Shown here one piece after another: positions 10,036 to 18,892 of a stretch of DNA of 64,000 bases. A model generated the notes under the pieces. It saw only the letters and a list, made by a program, of their open reading frames with translations, made no database searches and was not told where the DNA came from. Position numbers and translations under genes: made by a program. This stretch comes from Planctomycetota bacterium. GTDB taxonomy: Bacteria; Planctomycetota; PLA2; JAEUHO01. The first letter of the stretch is position 1, and each line of letters begins with the position of its first letter. The stretch is from positions 2,400,001 through 2,464,000 of the forward strand of contig CBDCTJ010000007.1 of the NCBI GenBank assembly GCA_965222115.1, written 5' to 3'.

Positions 10036-12233
10036 CGACGTCACCTATTCCCGACAAATCCGACATCAAGATCTATCTCGATGACTCTACGGAACCGTTT
10101 AAGACCGCCCAGCCGCCCGTTCGTTTTCCATTCTCCACCATCAACTTGCCCGACGGTCCTCACGTACTTCGTATTGAAGCGAGCAACGGTCTCGCGCCGC
10201 CATCCGTCAAGGAGATTCCGTTTCGCGTGCGGAATGGCGTGGCGCTAAGTGTGTCCGGTCTTGAACCGGAGCAGACGATTGGTGGTCAAGTCGAGCTCAT
10301 TGTCAATGCCTATGCGGGCAACACCGAAGTCGACTTTGAACCCGGTAAGGCCGAAACGCCGCGCCCCGTTCCCACCTGGGCGTGGGTCGTCTTGCTTGGC
10401 ATCACCGCATGGTCGCTCTTTTACATGTTCAATCCCAACCGTCCACCGCGTGAAGCCGCTGCGGCGTTGCGACGCCCATCGTGGGAAATGGGCAAGCAGG
10501 TCTATGTCAATACGTGTGCTAGGTGCCACGGCGAAGATGGACTCGGCCGCAAGAGTTCGGTGGGGGATAAGGGCGTCGCGCGCCTGCGCGAAACACCCAC
10601 GCTTGCCGTAGCGCAGACTCCGTTTCGACTGCTCAAGAAGGTTTCCATGGGGGTCCACGGCACGCAAATGCCTGCGTGGGGCCAACTTTTGAGCAACGAG
10701 GAAATCGTATCGGTTGTCAACTATGTGCGTACCAGTTGGGGACACGACGCATCCACGATTGTGCTCGACAAGCGTCATCCCCCCGAGGGTATTGAAGAAC
10801 TCGAGGCTCGGCTGGCGCAGGCCATGAAACACAAAGACGCGGAGGAAATGGGGCAGTGCTGCTGGCCCAAGACCACGCGCCCCGCGCTCTACCGCACTGA
10901 CTTGCCAAAGGGCGGCGTCAATGGCACGCGCGATGTGGCAAAGGCATGGAATTCATACTTCAAAGCACTCTGCGATGGTCGCATTGAAGACTTCCAACTG
11001 CTCGAAACGCGCTACGACTACGAGCCCGAGACGGTACACCACGAGCGCGCGCGGGTGGTTGCTATGGGGCGTATCTATCTTTCGACGGTGACCGACTCTG
11101 GCAAACTCGAGCACAAGCGCGGCAGCTTTATTCGTGTGTATGGCCGCAATGGCAAGGATTGGTTCCTTGAGTTTGATTTCGCGGACATACCGATGGCGAT
11201 TGGATGTGAGCCCGATGCCGTGGCCGATGGCGTGGTGCACGCAACACCGGGTAGCGGTACCCCGACCTCAGGCAGCACATCAACGTCCCAGCCTCCCGCT
11301 GCGCATGGCGCACTCAGTTACGAGAATGTGCAGAATCTATTTCGCGCGTTGGAGCCCAATCCCCAAGACGCGCCCCACGATGCGTTCTGGAATCTTCCCT
11401 ACAAGGAATTCGTTGAACTTGTGTTCCCCGAATCCTGGGACGACTTCGACAACAAGATCAAAATGATCAAGGTGGGGGACGGTGCGAATTCCAACTTGAT
11501 TCGCGCGTTGCGTGATGGTCGCGGCATTGTCGTCGACCTTCCCGGTGGCAAGACTAAGACGATCAATATCTCGCGTATGCCCAAGGGCGCGAAGCCCATG
11601 CCCGCCGAAGACATCGACGCCATATCCAAATGGATCGATGCAGGGTGTCCGGAACATGCGTCGGCAGGCAGTGTTGCGCCGAAGGACTCCGGACCGGGCG
11701 GCGTGCCGAAAGATCCAGGTACGACACGTGGACCCGCGCCAGGCCAACCGGTTGGATTTGCCGACGTCATCGCAGCGTTCAAGCGACTCAAGGGCAGCCC
11801 ACAAGATGCAGGCCACGAGGCATTTTGGGAACGCGGCTATGCCGACTTTGTGTCGCTCAAGTTTCCCTTCTCCTGGGACGACCCCGACTTGCAGATCCGA
11901 ATGATTGAGCCCTGGAATGCAGCGGGCTCCAACATGATTCGAGCACTTCGGGACGGAAAGGGCATCGTGGTCATAAAGGACGACGGGAAAACCATCACGA
12001 GGGACATTCCGCGTATGCCCAAGAACAGTCCGCCCATGCCCGAGGCCGACATTCAGATGATTGAGCGCTGGATCAACGCTGGCTGTCCCGAGAAGCCTGG
12101 TGGTAAGCCATTTGCGCCAAAGCCCGGCGGCTCGGGTACGAGCAAAGGCCGCGACGTCTCCGATCAACCTAGCGAGTCGGGCGGAGCGAATCCGGCGCCG
12201 AACGAGTCGTTCCCAGAGCCGGACAAGAAGTAG
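10032..12233 (+). CDS. Multidomain cytochrome c: Ig-like N-domain, TM, class I cytochrome c, NTF2/SnoaL-like domain, two tandem C-terminal repeats
   Basis: CARCH plus MPAW axial Met; TM WAWVVLLGITAWSLFY; internal duplication at about 11310-11654 and 11748-12092. Confidence 0.75.
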   Translation: MTTSPIPDKSDIKIYLDDSTEPFKTAQPPVRFPFSTINLPDGPHVLRIEASNGLAPPSVKEIPFRVRNGVALSVSGLEPEQTIGGQVELIVNAYAGNTEVDFEPGKAETPRPVPTWAWVVLLGITAWSLFYMFNPNRPPREAAAALRRPSWEMGKQVYVNTCARCHGEDGLGRKSSVGDKGVARLRETPTLAVAQTPFRLLKKVSMGVHGTQMPAWGQLLSNEEIVSVVNYVRTSWGHDASTIVLDKRHPPEGIEELEARLAQAMKHKDAEEMGQCCWPKTTRPALYRTDLPKGGVNGTRDVAKAWNSYFKALCDGRIEDFQLLETRYDYEPETVHHERARVVAMGRIYLSTVTDSGKLEHKRGSFIRVYGRNGKDWFLEFDFADIPMAIGCEPDAVADGVVHATPGSGTPTSGSTSTSQPPAAHGALSYENVQNLFRALEPNPQDAPHDAFWNLPYKEFVELVFPESWDDFDNKIKMIKVGDGANSNLIRALRDGRGIVVDLPGGKTKTINISRMPKGAKPMPAEDIDAISKWIDAGCPEHASAGSVAPKDSGPGGVPKDPGTTRGPAPGQPVGFADVIAAFKRLKGSPQDAGHEAFWERGYADFVSLKFPFSWDDPDLQIRMIEPWNAAGSNMIRALRDGKGIVVIKDDGKTITRDIPRMPKNSPPMPEADIQMIERWINAGCPEKPGGKPFAPKPGGSGTSKGRDVSDQPSESGGANPAPNESFPEPDKK

Positions 12234-12301
12234 CGCCTCGTTGGGCGTGGAATTCCGGCTTCCGATCTGAGTTTCGTGCGTGCTCCGGTCATTCACTTCG
12301 C

Positions 12302-12329
12302 TTGGCAATCCCGCCCGCCCGGGTATCTT
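12302..12329 (+). promoter_or_regulatory. Putative sigma70 promoter of tRNA-Lys
   Basis: TTGGCA-16 nt-TATCTT, the same layout as upstream of tRNA-Ala. Confidence 0.4.
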
Positions 12330-12365
12330 CTCCCCCCGCGCTTGACGCGCCAATCAAACACACAC

Positions 12366-12439
12366 GCCCGCTTAGCTCAGTTGGTTAGAGCAACGGATTC
12401 TTAATCCGTGGGTCCGGGGTTCGAGTCCCTGAGCGGGTA
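12366..12439 (+). tRNA. tRNA-Lys(CTT), CCA not encoded
   Basis: Cloverleaf: acceptor GCCCGCT/AGCGGGT, D arm GCTC/GAGC, anticodon arm ACGGA-TTCTTAA-TCCGT, T loop TTCGAGT. Confidence 0.95.
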
Positions 12440-12497
12440 CTTTCCATAGCGCAAATAATGGCCTTTCTGCTGCTGTCCCTCCTGTGCTCCAAACTTC

Positions 12498-12520
12498 ATC
12501 GGGGCAGATATCGGGGCAGA
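12498..12520 (+). repeat. Putative integrase arm-type sites (left)
   Basis: ATCGGGGCAGA twice in tandem; matched by ATCGGGGCA/ATCGAGGCA at 20589-20610. Confidence 0.65.
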
Positions 12521-12531
12521 AAGGACCTCCG

Positions 12532-13584
12532 ATGGCATGGATCGAGTGGCACACAACCAAAGAGGGGCAACGCACTGCAACTGTGCGCTGGCGATTCAAA
12601 GACGGCACAAAGGGACGCGAGGCGTTAGGAGTCATTGGCGCCAAGCGCGCTGAGATGTATCGCACGCATGCCGAGAAGCGATACGAAGGCAAAGACCCCG
12701 CATTGCTCCATCAAACCGACGCGAGCCTCTCGCTTGGTCTGTTCCTTGCGCATATGCGGGCCACGGATGTTTCGAGTGAGACCGTCGGCTACTACAAGGG
12801 GAAACTCACACCCGTGGTTGACGCACTTGGCCTGCGCTGGCAGTCGTGGTCGCCGCTTGCGATCGAACGGTTCTTGATGCGACGAGACTGCTCGCCGGCT
12901 ACGAAACGAAAGACGCTTGGCGCCATCCGACGCTTCGTGAGATGGGCCGAGCGAAACGGCGCGCCCGTGCACGACATGACCGATGGCGTGAGTTTGCCAA
13001 AGTCCAAGCCGGTCATTCGCGAGTACTTAACGCTCGAGCAAGTTCAAAGCGTTATCGCTGAAGCAGAGGGCCATGCGTGGCTTCAGGCGCCGGTTGCGCT
13101 GGCTGCATACGCTGGATTGTCGCTAGGCGATCTACGGTCTCTCGACTGGTCTGAGGTCGATCTCGAGAAGAACGTGATCCGACGAGTACGCGACAAGACG
13201 GGCGAGCGCATGCTCACGCCGCTCATTCCACAGCTCGTTGCCATCCTCCGGCGCGAGTGGATGCGACAGGGGCGGCCCGCTGAAGGATCTGTATGCTCTG
13301 AGTTTCCGCGCAGCAAGAGCAGCGCGGGGAAAGCGCTGCGCGCGCTCCAGGTCGCCGCGGGTATCTCTGACGCCCCCAAGGGTCAGAACGGCTGGCACCG
13401 CTACCGCCGCTCCGTTGCTACGACACTCCACAAGCTCAAGGTTCCCGGCCCGATTATTGGGCAAGTGCTCTCACATGCCCCTGACTCGATGATGTGGGCA
13501 AAGTACGTCGTGGTTGACGAGGACGACGTCGTAGAAGCCATGGAGAAGCTGGGGCGTGAGGTTGAGCGGGTGGCTGGGGGATAG
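12532..13584 (+). CDS. Tyrosine recombinase/integrase
   Basis: YAGLSLGDLRSLDW (box I, Ser at the Arg position), RDKTG, HRYRR (HxxR), VLSH, AKY. Confidence 0.9.
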   Translation: MAWIEWHTTKEGQRTATVRWRFKDGTKGREALGVIGAKRAEMYRTHAEKRYEGKDPALLHQTDASLSLGLFLAHMRATDVSSETVGYYKGKLTPVVDALGLRWQSWSPLAIERFLMRRDCSPATKRKTLGAIRRFVRWAERNGAPVHDMTDGVSLPKSKPVIREYLTLEQVQSVIAEAEGHAWLQAPVALAAYAGLSLGDLRSLDWSEVDLEKNVIRRVRDKTGERMLTPLIPQLVAILRREWMRQGRPAEGSVCSEFPRSKSSAGKALRALQVAAGISDAPKGQNGWHRYRRSVATTLHKLKVPGPIIGQVLSHAPDSMMWAKYVVVDEDDVVEAMEKLGREVERVAGG

Positions 13585-14162
13585 TCACCCTACACTTCCC
13601 GCGCACCGCGGCACTCCCATCCAGGCCTTGACTGGAGCGCAACCCAAAGGGATCTCTTCCGCCTCGCCTAGCCAGGGTGGCGAGGACGGCTCGGGCTCTG
13701 CCGCTGCGGTGTGGCTGCTGTGCTCGATGCTCAGCGGCAATCCGCTACGCTCTGCGCCAAGTAACATGATCTGCATGCTATGAGAGTATCCGCGTCACGG
13801 CGAATCGAGCCCATTCGAGGGCGAGCGCCCCGATCATGTCCTCCAGTTGACACCTTGCGTTTCATACGTGCGTGCAGATTAGATCAAGATGGTCGAGAGA
13901 GCGCACTGTCGGTCCATGAAGGTCTCCGGGGATGTCGCTCTCGACCGCCCCGCCAGCCTGTCGCTACAATTCGATCCCTTTCAGCGGATATGACCGCGCG
14001 ACATCGCGCCTCGCCCTCTATTCCCGAATCAGATAATGACGGATAAATTGCATCTGAATCCTCCATTGGATTAGATTGCACGGCTTGCAAGGCCATTATT
14101 TGGGATATGAGCCGCATTAGCCGCTTTCCAAGACAATTATTTTTAAGATAGGGTTTTTCTTG

Positions 14163-14191
14163 TTGCATATCTAGTTGGGATAGCGTACGAT
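14163..14191 (+). promoter_or_regulatory. sigma70-type promoter
   Basis: TTGCAT-17 nt-TACGAT in an AT-rich patch, followed by GGGAGG and ATG 14227. Confidence 0.65.
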
Positions 14192-14226
14192 GATCAATCA
14201 TAGGACCCGGAATAGGGAGGTTTCCC

Positions 14227-14730
14227 ATGCCGCTTGATGATCTCGATCGCCAGCAAATCCGAAAATTCGAAGCGCGAATGGAGTTGGCTTTAGCGGAGTT
14301 GCGCAAATGGCAGACCGCCATCAATGCCGTTCATGAGGCAGCGGACGAGAAGCCTCCCTATGACCTTCAGGATTCAGTGAGGGGTGTGGAAGAAAGGAGC
14401 GTTGGCGTAGGCTACGGGCGTGGCGAATTCCATGGGAAGCCTCTCGCCACCGTCGTCAAGCGGATTATCAGGGATCAAGGCCCGATGAGCGCGCACGAGT
14501 TGTACGAAATCATGGAAGGCGGCGGATTCGACTTTGGGGATAGCTCGGAAGGTAAGGCGCTCCATGGACTGAAAATCAGCCTGGGCAAGAATCGAGCTTT
14601 CACGAAGATGCCCAATGGCTTCTACAACATCGCCACTGAGGGTGTTAAACGCCGCAAGACCGTCAAACGCGTGCGAATAGGAGCGGATAAGGACAACGAC
14701 GAAGAGGAGGGGGCGCATGAGAGCGTGTAG
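14227..14730 (+). CDS. Coiled-coil plus winged-helix (HARE-HTH-like) putative DNA-binding protein
   Basis: Strong RBS; N-terminal heptads; LATVVKRIIRDQGPMSAHELYEIMEGGG...LKISLGKN..F.K...G.Y pattern. Confidence 0.65.
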   Translation: MPLDDLDRQQIRKFEARMELALAELRKWQTAINAVHEAADEKPPYDLQDSVRGVEERSVGVGYGRGEFHGKPLATVVKRIIRDQGPMSAHELYEIMEGGGFDFGDSSEGKALHGLKISLGKNRAFTKMPNGFYNIATEGVKRRKTVKRVRIGADKDNDEEEGAHESV

Positions 14731-14733
14731 GGG

Positions 14734-14980
14734 CGCGTCGAGCGTCCTCTGAAAAGAGCGGGGCGGGACAGCGAAACCCACCAGCCCGGAAAGCGACGGG
14801 AAGTACCGCCGCCCCGCTCAACTCGACGCGAGGAGTGGCCGTTTAAGCAGCCGCTCCTCACCAAACCTCTCAGTGTTGCCGCTCCCACTGGGAGTCCGCA
14901 TGAATACACCGATTTGGCTCGTACGTACCAGTATAGAGACTAATTCGGCTGTTTGGCGGTGTCAAGAGAGCGGCTCTCTC
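14734..14980 (+). ncRNA. Candidate structured RNA / leader (family unassigned)
   Basis: Nested perfect stems CGCGTCGAG/CTCGACGCG and GAGCGGGGCGG/CCGCCCCGCTC, then several further hairpins. Confidence 0.4.
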
Positions 14981-14999
14981 ATTCTTGGAGCCAAATACA

Positions 15000-15140
15000 A
15001 TGGCAAAGCCAAAGTTGAATAGCCGCAAAGCCCCAAAGGGCAAACGACTCATCTTTCGGCCCTGGATCACGCACCCAACTACAGGGAAACGGATCTATCC
15101 ACGCAACGGCAAAGTCTTCCCAATTTGGATTGATGACTAA
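15000..15140 (+). CDS. 46-aa basic small protein
   Basis: GGAG RBS; MAKPKLNSRKAPKGKRLIFRPWITHPTTGKRIYPRNGKVFPIWIDD; followed by a terminator. Shorter than any ORF in the supplied track. Confidence 0.7.
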   Translation: MAKPKLNSRKAPKGKRLIFRPWITHPTTGKRIYPRNGKVFPIWIDD

Positions 15141-15180
15141 GCCAATCACGTCGCACACTTCATAGTGCGACGACGTATCT

Positions 15181-15238
15181 ACAGCGTCGCCCCGTATGGC
15201 AAGTGAGGGCTTGCGTGCGCGGGGCGGCGCTGTCTTTT
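15181..15238 (+). terminator. Intrinsic terminator
   Basis: ACAGCGTCGCCCCG...CGGGGCGGCGCTGT stem followed by CTTTT. Confidence 0.6.
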
Positions 15239-15553
15239 ACGCCCTACGCATTACCCGGTCCGCGAACACATGGATCAGGCGGCCTCTCGCCTTGCGGGGA
15301 CCACGTGTGTCGCTCTTCGTTCGCACCCTGATTCTTCGAATCCGATTTTCCTGGCGGACTCCACGCATGAATTACGAAGATCAATTAGAGCACTTCGCTA
15401 AAGCGCGAGATTGGCGTCATTTAGTGTGCAAGATTTGTGTTCGCTTAAGAATTCCTGGCGGACTCTGGGTGTGGTTTGCGAGGTAGGGGGTGTGGGGAAT
15501 GCGTAAGGACGCGCGACCCGTGAATCTAGCAACTTTGGTATAGGAGAATCGGT

Positions 15554-15940
15554 ATGCGTGTAGAGAACCGAAAGTGGAACAATGCGATGATGGGCACAAG
15601 CAACGCCTGGGCGAACCTGCCCACCCCGATGGAGTTGGAGGTTGACGGAGAAGGAAACAACTTGCTCGTTTTCGTCAACTTGTCAAGGGTGCAAAACAAC
15701 TCAAGAAATAGGAATGTCAGTTTTCGATTGGTCGTGGACGGCGCGCCGATCGCGCATGTAAATACCGGCGACGCAAGTCACTGGGGCTACGACGCGCTTT
15801 CTTTTCACGGGTATACCCGCGTCGGTAACGGGCATGTGCACGTGGAGGTCCAATACTACACGCAAGGTGGAACCGTGATTTGGTATGACAACAATGATGG
15901 AAGGCAAGAGCGCCTCTTGACTGCCGTTCGCTTCGGCTAG
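15554..15940 (+). CDS. Hypothetical beta-rich protein
   Basis: AGGAG RBS, 128 aa, alternating beta-strand pattern, downstream hairpins. Confidence 0.65.
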   Translation: MRVENRKWNNAMMGTSNAWANLPTPMELEVDGEGNNLLVFVNLSRVQNNSRNRNVSFRLVVDGAPIAHVNTGDASHWGYDALSFHGYTRVGNGHVHVEVQYYTQGGTVIWYDNNDGRQERLLTAVRFG

Positions 15941-16116
15941 ATATCGAGGCTTCCGCAGGGCCTCCACGTCCACCACGTGGGGGCTCTCTTCGTTTCGGTG
16001 CTTGGTGAATCGGCCGCACGTGGGGCATGTCGCAACTGAAAATGCCCGTGGGCAAGCGGCTGTCGGACGCAAGTACGAAAGAGCGCCGCCCACGGACATG
16101 AATCTAGTTGACTCAT

Positions 16117-16269
16117 CTAGGGCTCTACGCCATTGCCTCCACATCGAGAGCAGCGTCCAGAGCCATAGCACGTGCCACACGAGCCAGGGCCTGAACCGTT
16201 GTCACCCGTTCCGAAGCAAGATCCCTGGCACTTGCCGATGCCGTCGCAATGTTGACATCGTCCAGCCAT
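16117..16269 (-). CDS. 50-aa DnaJ-type CxxCxGxG zinc-finger mini-protein
   Basis: AAGGAGG RBS; CQHCDGIG, CQGSCFGTG, CGTCYGSG, CSRCGGNG. Confidence 0.75.
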   Translation of the reverse strand: MAGRCQHCDGIGKCQGSCFGTGDNGSGPGSCGTCYGSGRCSRCGGNGVEP

Positions 16270-16286
16270 TTCAGCCTCCTTTCTCA

Positions 16287-16475
16287 CTAGCAGGGCGCGC
16301 CGGTTGAGTACCAATCGCCATAGTTGACGTCAGTGACTCGTGAACTCCCGTCGTCATAGTGGGTCACCGTTGTGACGACCTTCCGCCTGTGCAGTGTTTG
16401 GGCATTCGTTGAACTGTCGTGCCTGCACTCAGTTTGATACTCGGTGCGGTGCTCTTTACGGACTTCTTCGGCCAT
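16287..16475 (-). CDS. 62-aa hypothetical protein
   Basis: AGGAG RBS; co-oriented, 17 bp upstream of the zinc-finger gene. Confidence 0.6.
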   Translation of the reverse strand: MAEEVRKEHRTEYQTECRHDSSTNAQTLHRRKVVTTVTHYDDGSSRVTDVNYGDWYSTGAPC

Positions 16476-16689
16476 TGCATTCTCCTAATTGCAGCTCACT
16501 TGAGTCGCTACTAGGATGAACGCAATTGGGGTTGGGTTCGCCTCATGGGAATTGACAGACGGATGTGAGTCGCCTTCTCGACATCGCGACTTGAGTTCTC
16601 GTATGGTGTCCATTGACTTGCGGTTTCATCTTCTATGCGCCGCGAGACTGGTGAACCGGCGCGCATGGAGAGAGGGTAGTGATCTTCTC

Positions 16690-16854
16690 CTACTTGGGAG
16701 CGCGCAAAGCGAACACGAAGTAAATCAAACTCGCCGCAAGAAACACGATGTTCACTGTCCTCGCAAACGGCGGCGCACCTTTAGGCCAAATCTGGCCGGC
16801 GAGCACGACGACGTTGAGCAGCAGGAGAATGGGGATGAGTGCTCGGTTCTTCAT
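16690..16854 (-). CDS. 54-aa two-TM membrane protein
   Basis: AAGGA RBS; MKNRALIPILLLLNVVVLAGQIWPKGAPPFARTVNIVFLAASLIYFVFAL. Confidence 0.65.
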   Translation of the reverse strand: MKNRALIPILLLLNVVVLAGQIWPKGAPPFARTVNIVFLAASLIYFVFALRAPK

Positions 16855-16945
16855 TTGGGTTGGTCCTTGGGGGGTGTAACGCGTTGGCGGGTTGCCACAC
16901 GCTTGGTGAATCGGCCGAGCATGGAGAGAGGGTGGCGTGAGAGAG

Positions 16946-17320
16946 TTAAAACGAAGACGCAATCACAACGGCGAGCATACAAATCAACCCGGCGGTCACG
17001 AGTGCCGATGCAACCTTGTAGAGCCTCGTTCGTTTGTTGACAAGCTCGACGCTCGGATTCCAGTCAACTTGAAGAACGACTATAGAGGGAATACAGGAAG
17101 CGAAAAACAGGAGTGTGGAACATAGGCGGAGCGCGGAAGCGGCATCTTGAACGCCTCCGGCAGCGAATGGAATCGAGTTAAGCACCATTACCAGGGATGC
17201 CAGCTGGAGGAGCGCAGAGCACTTAGCGTCTAGAATGTTGAGTTGCTTATAGAGGCGCTTCTCGGCAGCGGCGGTATTGAAGACCGGTTGGCTATCTGGC
17301 GTTTGATCGTTCAACGTCAC
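16946..17320 (-). CDS. Three-TM membrane protein
   Basis: LDAKCSALLQ followed by three hydrophobic helices; stop directly followed by the repeat motif. Confidence 0.65.
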   Translation of the reverse strand: MTLNDQTPDSQPVFNTAAAEKRLYKQLNILDAKCSALLQLASLVMVLNSIPFAAGGVQDAASALRLCSTLLFFASCIPSIVVLQVDWNPSVELVNKRTRLYKVASALVTAGLICMLAVVIASSF

Positions 17321-17452
17321 ACTCCCAGTTGCCTGAGGCTCAAATCGTTCGTGGCCTGTCTCGTCGGACTACCGTCCTGCCCCGTCACCCTCGCGGGTAA
17401 TTCCACTCCTAACACGTGACAATGCCACTGAAAGCAAGCGTCATGAGGATAC

Positions 17453-17788
17453 TCATGCTCTCGCGGGTGACCGTGCGGACTTGTGTCCGAGCCAGGCTGA
17501 AAGGACAAGCCCGCAGGCACCAGCGATTGCCCAGTAGATCGAAGATGTCTTGAGTTCAGCCGCATCATTAAACATCGTTTGGACTCGAGGAGGTGACTTG
17601 TATATGGTAGTAGGTGGATATCTGGTCCCCCGGGAATACCGGCCACTCCTAGCATGCTCAAGCGACCGTATGGCATCAAGAGTGATAGCCTTGACCCTGA
17701 AATCCTCTGATTTTTGATATTTAGCGTTTGCCTTCCACATCATGAACATCGAGCCTAGAAAGAGCAGGCCCACAAGCATCATGCGCAT
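17453..17788 (-). CDS. Two-TM membrane protein
   Basis: AAGGAG RBS; N- and C-terminal hydrophobic helices. Confidence 0.6.
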   Translation of the reverse strand: MRMMLVGLLFLGSMFMMWKANAKYQKSEDFRVKAITLDAIRSLEHARSGRYSRGTRYPPTTIYKSPPRVQTMFNDAAELKTSSIYWAIAGACGLVLSAWLGHKSARSPARA

Positions 17789-18178
17789 CGAGTCTCCTTT
17801 GCTTGTTCCTTGTTCTGTTTTCGTAGGTGGCGAAGTTCTATCGCCTTCGCGGGCCACTCATTATTGAAACGCTCGACGCGTGTGAATCTCAATACTCAAA
17901 CAAAGGCAGGAGCGTCGCCAACCTGCACATCGCCCCTTGAAGCCATCAGCCTGGTGCGGATGATTCCCGTAAGCATTGGCGGCGAGTATAGGTCGCAGGC
18001 TAGTGAACGGCGCCGCAGTTTTTGAAGTTGTAGCCCCACGAATTTTTACCCTTTGGGAACTGGGTGTTGAAAACCAGCCTCTCCGAATGAGCAATTGACT
18101 TTGCTCCTGAAGTGTTTGTGAAATTGCCTTTCTCATGAACACGACCGTCGCGTTCTTGGCCAGTATAGCGTCAGAAGC

Positions 18179-18442
18179 ATGCGCTTCCACAAACATGCAG
18201 AAACAGATGGCCACGCTCCGACGCGAGTGCGAGTGACGGACGCACTTCGACGTCTCGCGACAGTGGAAGCCAAGGCAGATCGAAACGCCGACGAGGACTT
18301 CAAGCGCCACGAAGCCGAGCAGATGCTGGAGCGGATTGACGCGAGACTTAGGGCTCTAGAGGCAAATTCAAAAATAGCGTCGATACGCACGTTGTGGAGC
18401 GTAGAGTGGATGCTGACGCTGGTGGCTGCTTCTGGGGCGTAA
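18179..18442 (+). CDS. Coiled-coil protein with hydrophobic C-terminus (possibly degraded)
   Basis: Heptad-like LERIDARLRALEA; start uncertain. Confidence 0.35.
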   Translation: MRFHKHAETDGHAPTRVRVTDALRRLATVEAKADRNADEDFKRHEAEQMLERIDARLRALEANSKIASIRTLWSVEWMLTLVAASGA

Positions 18443-18892
18443 GAGTTCCCCATCCACCACGATTGCTTGCATTCGACCAGGGGAGATCCCCACCGGTGTC
18501 ACTGTTGGGGTAGAGTGTGTGTTGACGCCCTCGGCTGCCCAATGGCGTAAGACCTAATCCCCTAACCCGAATCTCTCGAGATTCGTTTTCATGAAGGTCC
18601 CCGGGGGTGTCGCTAATCGCACGACATGCGATCGTCAATGTTGTGCTGTCGCAACCGGCAAAGCGGCTGTATAAGGCGAAGTGGGCGAAGACTAATATGG
18701 ACGCGGCTCCGCTACCTGCTCTCATGCGCGCGATGTCCGGCGGTTGCTTGTCCACACCAAGCAACTGGATCTTCCATTCCGCACACCGAGTTTCGATCTA
18801 CGCTCATTCAAAGAAGGTCCCCATCGGCATCATCTTCCCGCGCTACGCGCCCAACACAACTCCGACGAGGTGACTCCGTTACATGCCTTGGT

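Larger units (their letters stand above)
16000..16933. repeat. Three copies of an intergenic motif TGGTGAAYCGGC(C)G..(CATGGAGAGAGGGT) at 16000-16016, 16649-16677, 16901-16933
   Basis: Copies 1 and 3 share 17 identical bp; copies 2 and 3 match at 27 of 30 aligned positions. Confidence 0.75.

Noticed and set aside
12372-12692. ORFs antisense to tRNA sequence (also 44709-45068 and 52420-52602)
   Set aside because: Typical tRNA shadow translations (GLEPRT.., GFEP.TPGLQ) with no RBS or domain support.
14756-14830. Known riboswitch (c-di-GMP-I, cobalamin) or group II intron domain V
   Set aside because: GAAA-containing loops are present but the family consensus elements could not be matched; left as unassigned structure.
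16875-16951. Integron attC site between small genes
   Set aside because: Ends TTTTAAC / GTTACAC only approximate RYYYAAC / GTTRRRY, the palindrome is poor, and I see no IntI-specific features in the integrase.
18670-18720. Thermonuclease-like D.YGR fragment
   Set aside because: Too short and interrupted by stops; could be chance.
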